Below, one piece after another: positions 1 through 9,319 of a stretch of 64,000 nucleotides of DNA. The notes beneath the pieces are model-generated. The model was not told the origin of the DNA. It was given only the letters and a program-made list of their open reading frames with translations, and did no database searches. This stretch comes from Erysipelotrichaceae bacterium (GTDB lineage Bacteria; Bacillota_I; Bacilli_A; Erysipelotrichales; Erysipelotrichaceae): assembly GCA_016280635.1 (NCBI GenBank), contig JAEEHC010000059.1, positions 6,787 through 70,786 on the forward strand, in the 5' to 3' direction. Position 1 is the first letter of the stretch. Each line of letters starts with the position of its first letter. The position numbers and the translations under genes are program-made.

Positions 1-869
1 AGGGTCATTGTCTTAAGGAATTCATTAAGGACATCCTGAATAACCGGAGCATAATCAGATGAGGTTCCACAGACAAAATCGGTTCCGCTGACCTGCCAGC
101 CTATCGGATCATGCTGGTATAAGCCGGATTTTGAAGTCTTTACTATCTTCTTTTCTTCGCCATTGTCAAACAGCAGGCCAAAGACGCTAAACTCCGGAAT
201 GATCTTGACGATCCTGTCTCTTACTGTCTCGAACTTCTCCTTATCAACGGAAATGTCAGAAATACCCGGTCCGTCATTACTGTAGACCTTCAGTATTTTC
301 CCCTTAACGGAAGGTTTGGCTTCCATGGCCGCGTACACAGCCAGCGTGCCGCCCTTGGAATGGCCACCGACATAATAGTTATGGAACATCTTATCCGCAG
401 TTCTGTTGATGTATTCGGCAGCCTTCAGTTCCGAACTGACCGTTTTATATGACAGCTGGAAATCTTCCTTCCAGCCGACAATGGTGTCATCAGTTCCGCA
501 ATAGGCAATGTAGGAAGTCTTCTTATCAATCAGAAAATGCATGGCACTGAACTGCTGCGAACGTTTCTCATCAATGTCCCTGACATAGTCACTGATCAGG
601 ATGTCACCAAAACGTTTGGTATTGCCCATTCTTCTTAAGATGATTGGGGCTTCCGCGATCAGACTTCCTGACTTCAGGCATTCTTCTTCCGTATGCAACT
701 TGAAAAACGCCTCAGCGGCCATGTGAATCGTAACCGGTTCTTTCTTTTTAAGAACTTTCCTTAAATCCGTATAGGCAGCATAAGTAAAAAGCAGGTTATC
801 GACATCATTGAACGGGTCTCTTTCAAAGGAGAGGTCACCTCTCCAGGTCAAATAATCATAAATGTTCAT
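1..869 (-). CDS. Mbeg1-like (DUF2974) alpha/beta-hydrolase family protein; N-terminal ~289 codons, C-terminus lies beyond the window edge
   Basis: I translated the minus strand from ATG 869-867, with AGGTGA just upstream: MNIYDYLTWRGDLSFERDPFNDVDNLLFTYAAYTDL... It has a nucleophile elbow YVGGHSKGG. The frame stays open to position 1, so there is no stop in the window, which explains its absence from the ORF track. Confidence 0.75.
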   Translation of the reverse strand, partial: MNIYDYLTWRGDLSFERDPFNDVDNLLFTYAAYTDLRKVLKKKEPVTIHMAAEAFFKLHTEEECLKSGSLIAEAPIILRRMGNTKRFGDILISDYVRDIDEKRSQQFSAMHFLIDKKTSYIAYCGTDDTIVGWKEDFQLSYKTVSSELKAAEYINRTADKMFHNYYVGGHSKGGTLAVYAAMEAKPSVKGKILKVYSNDGPGISDISVDKEKFETVRDRIVKIIPEFSVFGLLFDNGEEKKIVKTSKSGLYQHDPIGWQVSGTDFVCGTSSDYAPVIQDVLNEFLKTMT

Positions 870-1039
870 AATTATCACCTTTTGTCTCTGTTAATAGTTT
901 CTATACAGTTCTGACACCAATTGTATCAATTTCCTTAATTATATATTACACCCGGCACAAAAAAACAGAACCAGACCTTGTTTTTCCCAAGACAGCGGTC
1001 AGGTTCTGAAAAACGATTTCTATTATCATCAGCCCATCG

Positions 1040-1081
1040 AAGAAAAGGAACTGCCGCATGGCCAAATCGCGGCAGTTCCTT
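1040..1081 (-). terminator. Rho-independent terminator after the PTS IIC gene
   Basis: 13-bp perfect stem AAGGAACTGCCGC / GCGGCAGTTCCTT (1045-1057 / 1069-1081). On the minus strand it is followed by TTTTCT. Confidence 0.7.
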
Positions 1082-1112
1082 ATCAGTGCACTACAAGCCT
1101 TGAATACCCTGA

Positions 1113-2378
1113 TTAATGGGCAAGAAGCTTGGCAATGGCGCCTTCGATGATTCCCCAGATGGAGAAGTCCTGGCCGCCATAGACCAGCATCCACGGCTGG
1201 ATGGTGTTGTTGAAGAAGTAAGCACCGAAGCCTACTAAGAAGACCATGACGATACCGGCAACAGCGGCACCGGCGATGCATCCTCTGATACCGCCCTTGG
1301 CATTGGCAACGATGGAAGCGCAACCGATTTCGAAGAAGCAGGTGAAGGTCAGCGGGATGATGACCGTCGGGAACATGCCGTAAGTCAGTAAGATCGTGAT
1401 GGTGGAAGTGATCATGGCAACGATGAAGCCGATGATCAGGGAGTTCGGACCATAACCGAAGATGACCGGGCAGTCCAAAGCCGGGATGGCACCCGGAACG
1501 ACCTTGTCAGCAATGCCCTTGAAGGCCGGAACGATTTCGGCGATCAGCATGCGGACACCCTGTAACATGACGGTAACACCAACACCGAAGTAGATGGAAT
1601 GGGTGAAGATGTAGGTGAACAGACCGCTGTAGCCCCAGACAGCCTTCGGATCCTGACCGTTAGCCTTCAGAACGAAGAACATGACGATGTAGGTCAGGCA
1701 GATGACGATGGAGCCGGTAATGGAAACTTCTCTTAAGAAGCCCAGGCTCTTGGGGAACTTGATGTCTTCAGCGTTCTTGCTCTTGTCACCAACTAATGAA
1801 GCGACACCGGCAGCGATCAGAGAGAGGATCGTGGTCGGGTGGCCGATGGTGAAGTCATCCTTACCGGTGACGGCCTTGACTAACGGGCGCATCAGGTTCG
1901 GGGAGACGACCATGTAAACGGCAGTGAAGATGGTGGCCAGGATGATCAGCGGTGTGCCTCTTAAGCCGGCGTCAACACCGGCAGCGATGAAAACATACGG
2001 GAACCAGTACAGCATGTGGCCAGTCAGGAAGACGGTCTTGAACTTGGTAAATCTGGCAACCAGCAGGTTGATCGCGAAGGCGATGATCATGACGATACCG
2101 ATCTGGGTACCGAACTGTCCGCCGATGTCAACCTGTTCCTGAGCAGCAGCCTGCGGCATCATGGTGTTGAAGGCAGCAGCCAGACCGTCGATGGAATTAC
2201 CGGTGATTAAGCCGGTACCGGTATTCAGTACGAAGAAACCGATAGCGGTCATTAAGGTTCCTCTGACGACTTCAGTGAAAGGCTTCTTCTGAAGGATCAG
2301 ACCGATCATGGCGATCAGTGCCAGGAAGATGGCGCCCTGACCGAAGATCTCGTTAATAATGAAGTTTAAAATTGCCAT
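1113..2378 (-). CDS. PTS ascorbate-family (SgaT/UlaA-type) transporter subunit IIC
   Basis: 421-aa polytopic ORF. The N-terminus MAILNFIINEIFGQGAIFLALIAMIGLILQKK is typical of the SgaT/UlaA family. An AGGAGA RBS precedes it, and the IIB gene lies immediately upstream. Confidence 0.9.
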   Translation of the reverse strand: MAILNFIINEIFGQGAIFLALIAMIGLILQKKPFTEVVRGTLMTAIGFFVLNTGTGLITGNSIDGLAAAFNTMMPQAAAQEQVDIGGQFGTQIGIVMIIAFAINLLVARFTKFKTVFLTGHMLYWFPYVFIAAGVDAGLRGTPLIILATIFTAVYMVVSPNLMRPLVKAVTGKDDFTIGHPTTILSLIAAGVASLVGDKSKNAEDIKFPKSLGFLREVSITGSIVICLTYIVMFFVLKANGQDPKAVWGYSGLFTYIFTHSIYFGVGVTVMLQGVRMLIAEIVPAFKGIADKVVPGAIPALDCPVIFGYGPNSLIIGFIVAMITSTITILLTYGMFPTVIIPLTFTCFFEIGCASIVANAKGGIRGCIAGAAVAGIVMVFLVGFGAYFFNNTIQPWMLVYGGQDFSIWGIIEGAIAKLLAH

Positions 2379-2408
2379 TAGAATTCTCCTTTCTTATCCT
2401 TTACAGAA

Positions 2409-2699
2409 TTAATCTTCTAATGTCTTGAAATATTCCAGAACCTTCTGCTCGACTTCATTGGAATCCATGAAGTTGTTGATGATGTAGACCGGAACTTCCG
2501 CCCGGTCGATGATCCTTTCACCTAACTCCTGGGAAATGAAGATGACATCACAGCTGTTGGCCAAACAGGTGCCGACGTCGCCGCAGAAAGTTTCTGCCTC
2601 TAAATTGTGCTTGCTTAAGATGCCGTCCATGGTCATCCTGAGCATCAGTGATGAGCCGCAGCCGAAGCCGCATACAGCCTGGATTCTGGGTTTAATCAT
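2409..2699 (-). CDS. PTS ascorbate-family subunit IIB
   Basis: 96 aa. The N-terminal phospho-Cys context RIQAVCGFGCGSS matches the family. It has an AAGGAGG RBS and forms an operon with the IIC gene. Confidence 0.85.
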   Translation of the reverse strand: MIKPRIQAVCGFGCGSSLMLRMTMDGILSKHNLEAETFCGDVGTCLANSCDVIFISQELGERIIDRAEVPVYIINNFMDSNEVEQKVLEYFKTLED

Positions 2700-2871
2700 G
2701 CAAACTCCTCCTTACGCTTTTCAGCAGGATACTCTCTGATTGATTATTGATAGCACCTGCTACTTTCTTATTTTAAAAAAAGCGGTTATAAGTGTCAAAC
2801 TTCAGGCATTATTCCGACATTTTGCCCTTTCATGATGATAAAATAATAGCGTAAAAAAGGAGGAAACGCCG

Positions 2872-4221
2872 ATGGCACAGGAAAAGCGCATTGACCTGAC
2901 CGAAGGTCCGATTGGCAAAAAGCTGCTCATATTCGTCTGGCCGATCATCATTGCCAACGTCTTCCAGCAGGTCTATAACATTACCAACTCGCTGATCGTA
3001 GGCAACTACATCGACACCAACGCCCTGTCCGCCGTCAGCGCCACCAACTCCATAACCATCATCACCCAGTACTTCTACTTCGGCTTCTCCACCGCCACCA
3101 GCATCCTGGTCGCCAACTACCACGGAGCCGGAAGAAAGGACAAGGTAAAAAGAGCCATCGAGACCTCCTTCGTCGTCGGTCTGAGCGTGGGCATCATCTT
3201 CTTCGGGCTGCTTGAGCTGTTCACCCCGATGCTGATGCGCGTCAGCAACATCGACGCCTCCATATACCATAGTGCCGAACTGTATCTGCGCTGCTATGTC
3301 ATCGGTGATACTCCGATGATGATCTATAACATGTGCTTCTTCATCATGCGCTCGATGGGCGACTCCCGCACCCCGACCAAATACCTGGTAGTCTCCTGTC
3401 TGGTCAACCTGGCTTTGGGCATCGTCTTTGTCGGCTGGCTGCACATGGGCGTCATCGGCGTGGCCCTGGCCACCACGATCGCCCAGTTCATCGTCGCCGT
3501 GCTGGCCGTCCGCCGGGTTCTGCGGCTTGATGAAGATATCAGGATTGACCTGCTGCACATGAATCCCGATTTATCGATGCTCAAGAGCATGTTCTCCCTG
3601 GGCATTCCGGCGGCTCTGCAGAACATCCTGATCGCCTTAAGCGAATTCACCGTTCAGTCCTACATCAACATGTTCTCCAACGAATTCATCGCCGGTCTGG
3701 GCGTCGCCTCAAAGGTCTCCCTGTGGGTGCACATGCCGATGCATGCCGTCTCCACGGTCGCTACCAGTTATGTCGGTCAGAACCTGGGCGCCGGCAAGTA
3801 TGAAAGGGTCAAGGAAGGAATCAGATTCTGTGCCCGTCTGGCCATGGGCCTGACCGTTGTGCTCTCTTCCATCTTCTTCTTTGCAGCGCCTTTTTTGATC
3901 AGCCTGTTTGACCGCAATCCGGAGGTCATCCGCTGCGGAGCCATCATGACCCGCTGTAATGTTCTGGCTTACATCCCACTGACCTGGTCACACATCTATA
4001 ACGGCGTCTGCCGGGGGGCCGGCAATGTCAAGATACCGATGGTAATTGCCGTCTTCGCCCAGTGCATCTTCCGCTTCGTCTTTGTGACCATCGGCCTGAA
4101 GTTCTTCTTCAGTGAAAGCATCCTCTATCTCTCCAGCGCCTTATGCTGGACACTGGCCGGCATTCTGGCCTTCATCTATTTCCACACCAGCAAGTGGGTC
4201 AAACAGGCCCAGCTGCGCTGA
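2872..4221 (+). CDS. MATE family efflux transporter
   Basis: 449 aa with about 12 TM segments. The N-terminus GPIGKKLLIFVWPIIIANVFQQVYNITNSLIVG is the classic MATE/NorM-type start. It has an AAGGAGG RBS. Confidence 0.88.
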   Translation: MAQEKRIDLTEGPIGKKLLIFVWPIIIANVFQQVYNITNSLIVGNYIDTNALSAVSATNSITIITQYFYFGFSTATSILVANYHGAGRKDKVKRAIETSFVVGLSVGIIFFGLLELFTPMLMRVSNIDASIYHSAELYLRCYVIGDTPMMIYNMCFFIMRSMGDSRTPTKYLVVSCLVNLALGIVFVGWLHMGVIGVALATTIAQFIVAVLAVRRVLRLDEDIRIDLLHMNPDLSMLKSMFSLGIPAALQNILIALSEFTVQSYINMFSNEFIAGLGVASKVSLWVHMPMHAVSTVATSYVGQNLGAGKYERVKEGIRFCARLAMGLTVVLSSIFFFAAPFLISLFDRNPEVIRCGAIMTRCNVLAYIPLTWSHIYNGVCRGAGNVKIPMVIAVFAQCIFRFVFVTIGLKFFFSESILYLSSALCWTLAGILAFIYFHTSKWVKQAQLR

Positions 4222-4232
4222 CGTTGTTTCAC

Positions 4233-4256
4233 GGGGACCCCGAGGTCCCTTTTCTT
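4233..4256 (+). terminator. Rho-independent terminator after the MATE gene
   Basis: GGGACC-CCGA-GGTCCC hairpin followed by TTTTCTT. Confidence 0.6.
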
Positions 4257-4292
4257 ACCTTTTCTTACGGGCTTTTTACCTTATCTGTTTCG

Positions 4293-4301
4293 TGGTATAA
4301 T
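4293..4301 (+). promoter_or_regulatory. Extended -10 element (TGGTATAAT) for the LCP gene
   Basis: TGgTATAAT at 4293-4301. It overlaps the first ATG (4300) of the ORF, which argues that the real start is the in-frame ATG at 4321. The -35 is weak. Confidence 0.4.
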
Positions 4302-5862
4302 GATTCCGTATGGAAAGTTGATGGTGACATTGGCAGAGAAAAAAAGTATCCAACTCTCCAAATGGAGTTTAATAGCCTTAGCAGTCTTATCACTGGTGCA
4401 CATGACATCACTCTTTTTAGTGAAATCAGTCATTGACATCAACGTCATCCCCGACAAGTACCTGAAGATCGTAGCCATTGTAATGGTGGTACTGAACGTT
4501 CTGGTCGCCGCCGGGGTGATTTTTGGCGGGAAAAGCCGCATCCTTAAGGGCCTCATCATCGCCTTCAGCGCCCTGATCATCATCGTGAATACCCTGGGTA
4601 CCTATGCCTTACCGGCATACAAGGGCCGCATTGAAAAGATGTTCGTGCCGATTCCGGAAACGACTGAACTCTACATGAATGTCTACACCATGCAGTCATC
4701 CGGCTACCAGTCCCTTGAGGATCTGGCCGGCAAGAAGATGGGCATTCAGGCTACCCTGGATACGGAAAACCAGCAGCTGGCTCTGGAGGACATTGAATCC
4801 CAGGTTGGGGAAGGACAGATAACCCTTGTGGAATTTGAGGACTTCTACACCGCCGTTGATGCCCTCTACAAGGGCGAGGTCGATGCCATTCTGATCAACG
4901 AGATCTATGCCGACATCATTACCGAGAATGCCGATTATGACAGTTTTGAAACCGACACCTTCCTGTTGGCTCAGATAACCCAGGAGATCATTGACCAGCA
5001 CGACCAGCCGACCGCCTTCACCGGTGACGTCACCAAGAGTCCCTTCATCATCGGCATCGCCGGCAGCGATAATTTCCGCGCGACCCCGTCCACTAAGGGC
5101 CGGACCGACGCCAACATCGTCTGTGTCGTCAATCCCAATACCCGCCAGATCCTGATGATCACCATTCCGCGTGACTCCCATCTGCCCATCGGCGGCGATG
5201 AGAAAAAGATGGACAAGCTGACTCATGCCTCCATTTACGGCATCAACGCCTGGCGCAATACGGTCTCCCATCTGCTCGGCAACGAGGTCAACTTCTATGT
5301 CCGCGTCAACTTCCGCTCCATCATCGACATCGTCGACGCTCTGGGCGGGCTGACGATCAATAACCCTTATGCCTTTACCTCCACCAAGCATCAGGTCTGG
5401 GACAAGGAAAAGAACAAGGCGATCTGGACAAAGTACTCCTATGAAAAGGGAACCATCACCATGACCGGCAATGAGACCCTGTTATATGTCCGGGAAAGAT
5501 ATGCCCTCAAGAATAATGACATGGGCCGTAATGAACATCAGGCCATCGTCCTGAAGGCTCTGATCGACACCGTCATCTCTCCGGACACCATCACCAAGTT
5601 TGATTCCCTGCTCAAGGCTCTGGAGGGCAAGTTCGTTACCGACATGACCGTTGATCAGATCTTCTCGCTGGTGCAGATGCAGCTGGCTGACATGTCCGGA
5701 TGGCATTTCTCCAACTACAGCCTGACCGGCAAGACCGGACCGGGTAAGAGCTACGCCATGGGCAACAAGGAACTCAGCATGGTATTCCTTAAGGAAGAAT
5801 CCGTCAATAAGGCCCGCGAGCTGATCGAAAAGGTGCTCAATAACGAGATCCTTTCCGATTAA
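4300..5862 (+). CDS. LCP (LytR-CpsA-Psr) family glycopolymer-to-peptidoglycan ligase
   Basis: 520 aa with an N-terminal TM anchor. The LCP core is MITIPRDSHLPIGG...DKLTHASIYG...YVRERY. An alternative start at 4321 (MVTLAEKK) is likely. Confidence 0.88.
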   Translation: MIPYGKLMVTLAEKKSIQLSKWSLIALAVLSLVHMTSLFLVKSVIDINVIPDKYLKIVAIVMVVLNVLVAAGVIFGGKSRILKGLIIAFSALIIIVNTLGTYALPAYKGRIEKMFVPIPETTELYMNVYTMQSSGYQSLEDLAGKKMGIQATLDTENQQLALEDIESQVGEGQITLVEFEDFYTAVDALYKGEVDAILINEIYADIITENADYDSFETDTFLLAQITQEIIDQHDQPTAFTGDVTKSPFIIGIAGSDNFRATPSTKGRTDANIVCVVNPNTRQILMITIPRDSHLPIGGDEKKMDKLTHASIYGINAWRNTVSHLLGNEVNFYVRVNFRSIIDIVDALGGLTINNPYAFTSTKHQVWDKEKNKAIWTKYSYEKGTITMTGNETLLYVRERYALKNNDMGRNEHQAIVLKALIDTVISPDTITKFDSLLKALEGKFVTDMTVDQIFSLVQMQLADMSGWHFSNYSLTGKTGPGKSYAMGNKELSMVFLKEESVNKARELIEKVLNNEILSD

Positions 5863-5887
5863 ACGATACATCTATCCGCATACCCAA

Positions 5888-5923
5888 AGAGAATCGCCGC
5901 AGATGGCGATCCTCTTTTTTTTC
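5888..5923. terminator. Bidirectional terminator between convergent LCP and GT2 genes
   Basis: Hairpin GAATCGCC-GCAGAT-GGCGATCC followed by T8, with an A-rich stretch on the other side. Confidence 0.65.
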
Positions 5924-5931
5924 ATTCATTT

Positions 5932-7272
5932 TCATTCTTTTCCCTTCATCAGTTCTCTTAGCTTGCGGGGAAGCCAGGTAAGCCACCTTGCCATGCGGTA
6001 AGCCAGCGACGACCTCAGTTCTTCAATTTCTCCCTGGACCTCTGCCAGTTGCTTTTGCGTTCTGTCCTGGCTTTCCCTCAGGGCTTGATACTCCTGACGG
6101 CTTTGGTTGAGGTCCTGCTTGCTGCGGTTGAGTTCACCCTTCAGTTCTCTGATCTGCCGGCCTCTTTCCCGCAGCTTTCTGTCGGCAACGCTGCCGGCAG
6201 CCCTGAGATTTTCAATCTCCTTATTGCGCTGCCGCAGGGAAATAAGGCGGTTGCGCAGCCGGTCTCTGAGGATCACCGACTGCTCATAATGGTAATAGAA
6301 CAGGGCGTCATAGAACTGACCGGGCTCATCAGAAATCAGATGTTCAGCCATCATGGCCAGATTCTCATTGTCATAATAACCGGCCTCTCTGGGCTTAAGG
6401 CTCATGTCCTGCAGGCAGTTGGCCTGAAGGTAGCTGTGGGCCGCAATGAAGGAATCGCGGCTGCGCATGTTGCGCAAATCGTGCAGCAGCGCCGCCACCA
6501 GGCGGTTTTCAAAGCTCTGCTCGGGGAAGATGTTTCTTTCCTTCAGATACAGAGCACACAGCCGCCACTGCTGCGGTGATACCGTCGGATAAAGCCCGAC
6601 TTTATCCGTCTGACTGGTCGACTGGCCGGTGCGGTAATTTACCAGCTGGCGGTTTACGCAGGTGATCCTTTCGGCCAGGCACATTGCCGCATTATAGAAG
6701 ATGACATCCTCGGCATACAGCCCGTCAGTAAAACGCAGTTCATTTTCCAGAATGAACTGACGGCGCAGCAGCTTGTTGATGCCGATTGTAATGGTAAAGT
6801 TGAGAATGTAGCGCTCAATGGTAAGCCGATTGAAGACCTCCTGACCACCGGTCAGGGCCATCCGCAGATTGCCTGGGGAAGCCAATAATTCCCCGCTGTT
6901 CTGGTAATACTTATTGATACCGCAGACGCAGATGTCAGCCCAATAGCTGACCGCCCGGTTGTACATCATTTCCAGCGCTTCCGGTTCAAAGAAGTCATCG
7001 CTGTCCCAGAATATGACATATTCTCCCTGAGCAATGGTCAGGGCATTATTGCGGGCAACGCCGCAATGGCTGTTTGGCTGGGTAAGGACATGCAGGCGGC
7101 TGTCCCTTTCGCTGTATTGTTTCAGGATCTGCGCACTGGAATCCGTTGAACCGTCATCAACGCAGATGATCTCGATGTTCTTCAGACTCTGGCTGAGGAT
7201 GCTGTCAAGGCATTGGGCCAGATGTCTTTCGCTGTTATATACCGGTACGATTACGGATACCGCTGTTGTCAT
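5932..7272 (-). CDS. Family-2 glycosyltransferase with C-terminal coiled-coil extension
   Basis: GT2 start VSVIVPVYNSERHLAQCLDSILSQ, CVDDGSTDSS, and DXD at WDSDD. The last ~110 aa are an R/E/L/Q-rich heptad-like tract. The start is uncertain (7272, 7290 or 7326); I chose the Met directly before the GT2 fold. Confidence 0.85.
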   Translation of the reverse strand: MTTAVSVIVPVYNSERHLAQCLDSILSQSLKNIEIICVDDGSTDSSAQILKQYSERDSRLHVLTQPNSHCGVARNNALTIAQGEYVIFWDSDDFFEPEALEMMYNRAVSYWADICVCGINKYYQNSGELLASPGNLRMALTGGQEVFNRLTIERYILNFTITIGINKLLRRQFILENELRFTDGLYAEDVIFYNAAMCLAERITCVNRQLVNYRTGQSTSQTDKVGLYPTVSPQQWRLCALYLKERNIFPEQSFENRLVAALLHDLRNMRSRDSFIAAHSYLQANCLQDMSLKPREAGYYDNENLAMMAEHLISDEPGQFYDALFYYHYEQSVILRDRLRNRLISLRQRNKEIENLRAAGSVADRKLRERGRQIRELKGELNRSKQDLNQSRQEYQALRESQDRTQKQLAEVQGEIEELRSSLAYRMARWLTWLPRKLRELMKGKE

Positions 7273-8302
7273 TTTCAGCTGCTTTCTCATACTGACAGGT
7301 TCTGGACAGCGCCTGCCGGAAATCATGCTCGGGCTGCCAGCCTAACTGTCTGATCTTTTCCGAACTTAAGACCATGGTGTTGTCGGGGGCAAAGCCGTTA
7401 GCCGCGGAAGCCTGTTCATATCTGACCGCGATCGGCTTTTCCGCCAGTGAAGCCACCGTATCGGCCATGTCGGCGATGGTTTCCCTTTCGCCGTCACAGA
7501 CGATGTTGTAAGCCTGGCCGCTTTCACCCTTCTGTAAGAGTACCAGAATGCCGGCTAAGGCATCGGCGGTATAGACCATGTTTACGACGGTGCGCCCGGT
7601 GGACTTGATGATGATGTCCTCGCCTCTGACGGCGCAGTCGCAGAAATACTTAACTACCCGGTTGTCATTGGCCGGAATGCCGGCGCCAAAGGTCATGGCC
7701 AGCCGGGCGATGACGGTACTCAGGCCGTACTCCTGACCATAACTGCGGGTATACAGTTCAGCCATCCGCTTGCCTAAAGAATAGCTGGAACGCACGTTCA
7801 GCGGGTCGATGAAGCCCTGCTTGTCTTCGGTCACGTTTTGGTCATCCAACACGCCGTAGCTTTCCATTGAGGAAAGATAGAGGAATTTCTTCAGTCTGGT
7901 GCTGTCCTTGAGGCTCTTCAGGATCCTTCCGGTACCTAGTACGATGGTATCGATGGTCTCTACCGGTTTTTCCACGAAAAACCTTGAGCGGGTTGGTGAG
8001 GCGCAGTGAACGACATAGTCAAAGTCATTCTCATTGACGCCCTCTTCCACGCTGCCGATCAGATACCTGACCTCAGGCCAGCCGGTAAATATAGCCTCCG
8101 CCTTTTCGCGGTCGCGGACCAGCACGCTGACGGAAATGTTGCCATTCTTTCTTTCATTGAAGTTCAGAAGAGCCTTCACCAGCAGGGAACCGATCAGTCC
8201 GGTAGCGCCGGTGATCAGAAAGGAGGAATTACGGAAGTAATCCCAGTCGATGTCCTTTCTTTCCAATAGCCGGTTAAGATCCTCGGTCAGAATGGGGTTC
8301 AT
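7235..8302 (-). CDS. NAD(P)-dependent SDR (epimerase/dehydratase family); candidate ribulose-5-P reductase of a CDP-ribitol pathway
   Basis: Rossmann motif ITGATGLIGS and catalytic YSLGK (YxxxK). The start overlaps the stop of the upstream cytidylyltransferase (TAATG). The specific function is inferred from context only. Confidence 0.75.
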   Translation of the reverse strand: MNPILTEDLNRLLERKDIDWDYFRNSSFLITGATGLIGSLLVKALLNFNERKNGNISVSVLVRDREKAEAIFTGWPEVRYLIGSVEEGVNENDFDYVVHCASPTRSRFFVEKPVETIDTIVLGTGRILKSLKDSTRLKKFLYLSSMESYGVLDDQNVTEDKQGFIDPLNVRSSYSLGKRMAELYTRSYGQEYGLSTVIARLAMTFGAGIPANDNRVVKYFCDCAVRGEDIIIKSTGRTVVNMVYTADALAGILVLLQKGESGQAYNIVCDGERETIADMADTVASLAEKPIAVRYEQASAANGFAPDNTMVLSSEKIRQLGWQPEHDFRQALSRTCQYEKAAENDNSGIRNRTGI

Positions 8303-9021
8303 TATACTCTCTCCTTTTCGCCGCTGTTCATCTGAATGATGGCCTCGGCCAGATAGTAATCCTCGGGGTTGGTTACCTTGATATTGGTGGAGGAAGTCTC
8401 CACGATGTGAACTTCCCGGCCGCAGTCTCTCATCATGTTGCAGGAATCAATCTTGTTGATGATACCCTGGCTGCGGCAGGTTTCATGGGCAGCCAGGATG
8501 TCCTTGAGAAAGAAACTCTGGGGAGCCCGGGCCATCCAGGTCTTGGAGCGGTCAGTAACGGTGTCGACGTAGTCGTCATCCTTAACGGTAATGATGGTCT
8601 CCTTGCACAGCACACTGGAGATGGCGGAGCCGTACTTCCTGACCGAGGCAATGTTTCTTCTGATTAGATCATCATCGATGATCGGTCTGACGCCGTCGTG
8701 AATCAGCACGATGTCCTCACCGCTTTCACTGACTTCCTCAGCGGCTTTCAGGCCGTTGTAAATGGAAAGCTGGCCGGTTTCACCGCCGGCAACTACCCTT
8801 ACGACCTTATCGAGATGATATTTTTCCACTAACTGCCAGGTATAGTCGATGTGCGAAGCTACCATGGCAATGACGATCTTATCGATTGAAGAGCTTTCCT
8901 GGAATTTCCTGACGGTATGGACCAGAATGGGTACCCCATCGATCTCCAGAAACTGCTTGGGTATGCCATTGGTATGCATTCTGATGCCGACACCTCCGGC
9001 AAAGATCACCGCTATGTTCAT
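8302..9021 (-). CDS. tarI: IspD/TarI-family cytidylyltransferase (D-ribitol-5-phosphate cytidylyltransferase-like)
   Basis: MNIAVIFAGGVGIRM...IPKQFL nucleotide-binding signature. Its 239-aa size and teichoic-acid context fit the family. Confidence 0.8.
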   Translation of the reverse strand: MNIAVIFAGGVGIRMHTNGIPKQFLEIDGVPILVHTVRKFQESSSIDKIVIAMVASHIDYTWQLVEKYHLDKVVRVVAGGETGQLSIYNGLKAAEEVSESGEDIVLIHDGVRPIIDDDLIRRNIASVRKYGSAISSVLCKETIITVKDDDYVDTVTDRSKTWMARAPQSFFLKDILAAHETCRSQGIINKIDSCNMMRDCGREVHIVETSSTNIKVTNPEDYYLAEAIIQMNSGEKERV

Positions 9022-9319
9022 ATGTAAAATCCTGACCTTTCACTTGATACATAATCAGTTTACCATATTTGCCCCATCAGAAAAACCAGCCAGCATTCAC
9101 TTCCCGGCAACGCCATTCAAGCAGTCAAGCTGATTATACCCATTGGGGGGAGCAGAAAGCATCAGCCTGCCGGTTAATGCTGATTGATATCAGAAAAACA
9201 AGGATTCTTAACCTTCAGCGGACTACCTTAAATATATGAAACAGCATTTTCAAATCCGCTCCCATGTGTTTATTTTCTTATATTTTATGGTAAAATATAA
9301 ACACAAGGAGGTAAGGATC

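Noticed and set aside
2830-3558. 242-aa minus-strand ORF inside the MATE gene, and similar long antisense ORFs at 11934-12761, 13323-13940, 14516-15046, 21165-21800, 23158-24063, 26073-26708, 28264-28752, 29387-30418, 33260-33928, 38799-39857, 46267-26626-like and 49322-49879
   Set aside because: All overlap well-supported genes on the opposite strand. They have biased D/G/H/V/A or R/P/S-rich composition, lack RBSs and carry no recognisable motifs, so they are shadow ORFs.
2872-4221. MATE-like transporter as the Wzx-type flippase of the glycopolymer locus
   Set aside because: The N-terminal signature is that of NorM/DinF-type drug and cation antiporters. The locus already has TagGH export, and the gene lies outside the locus and on the opposite strand.
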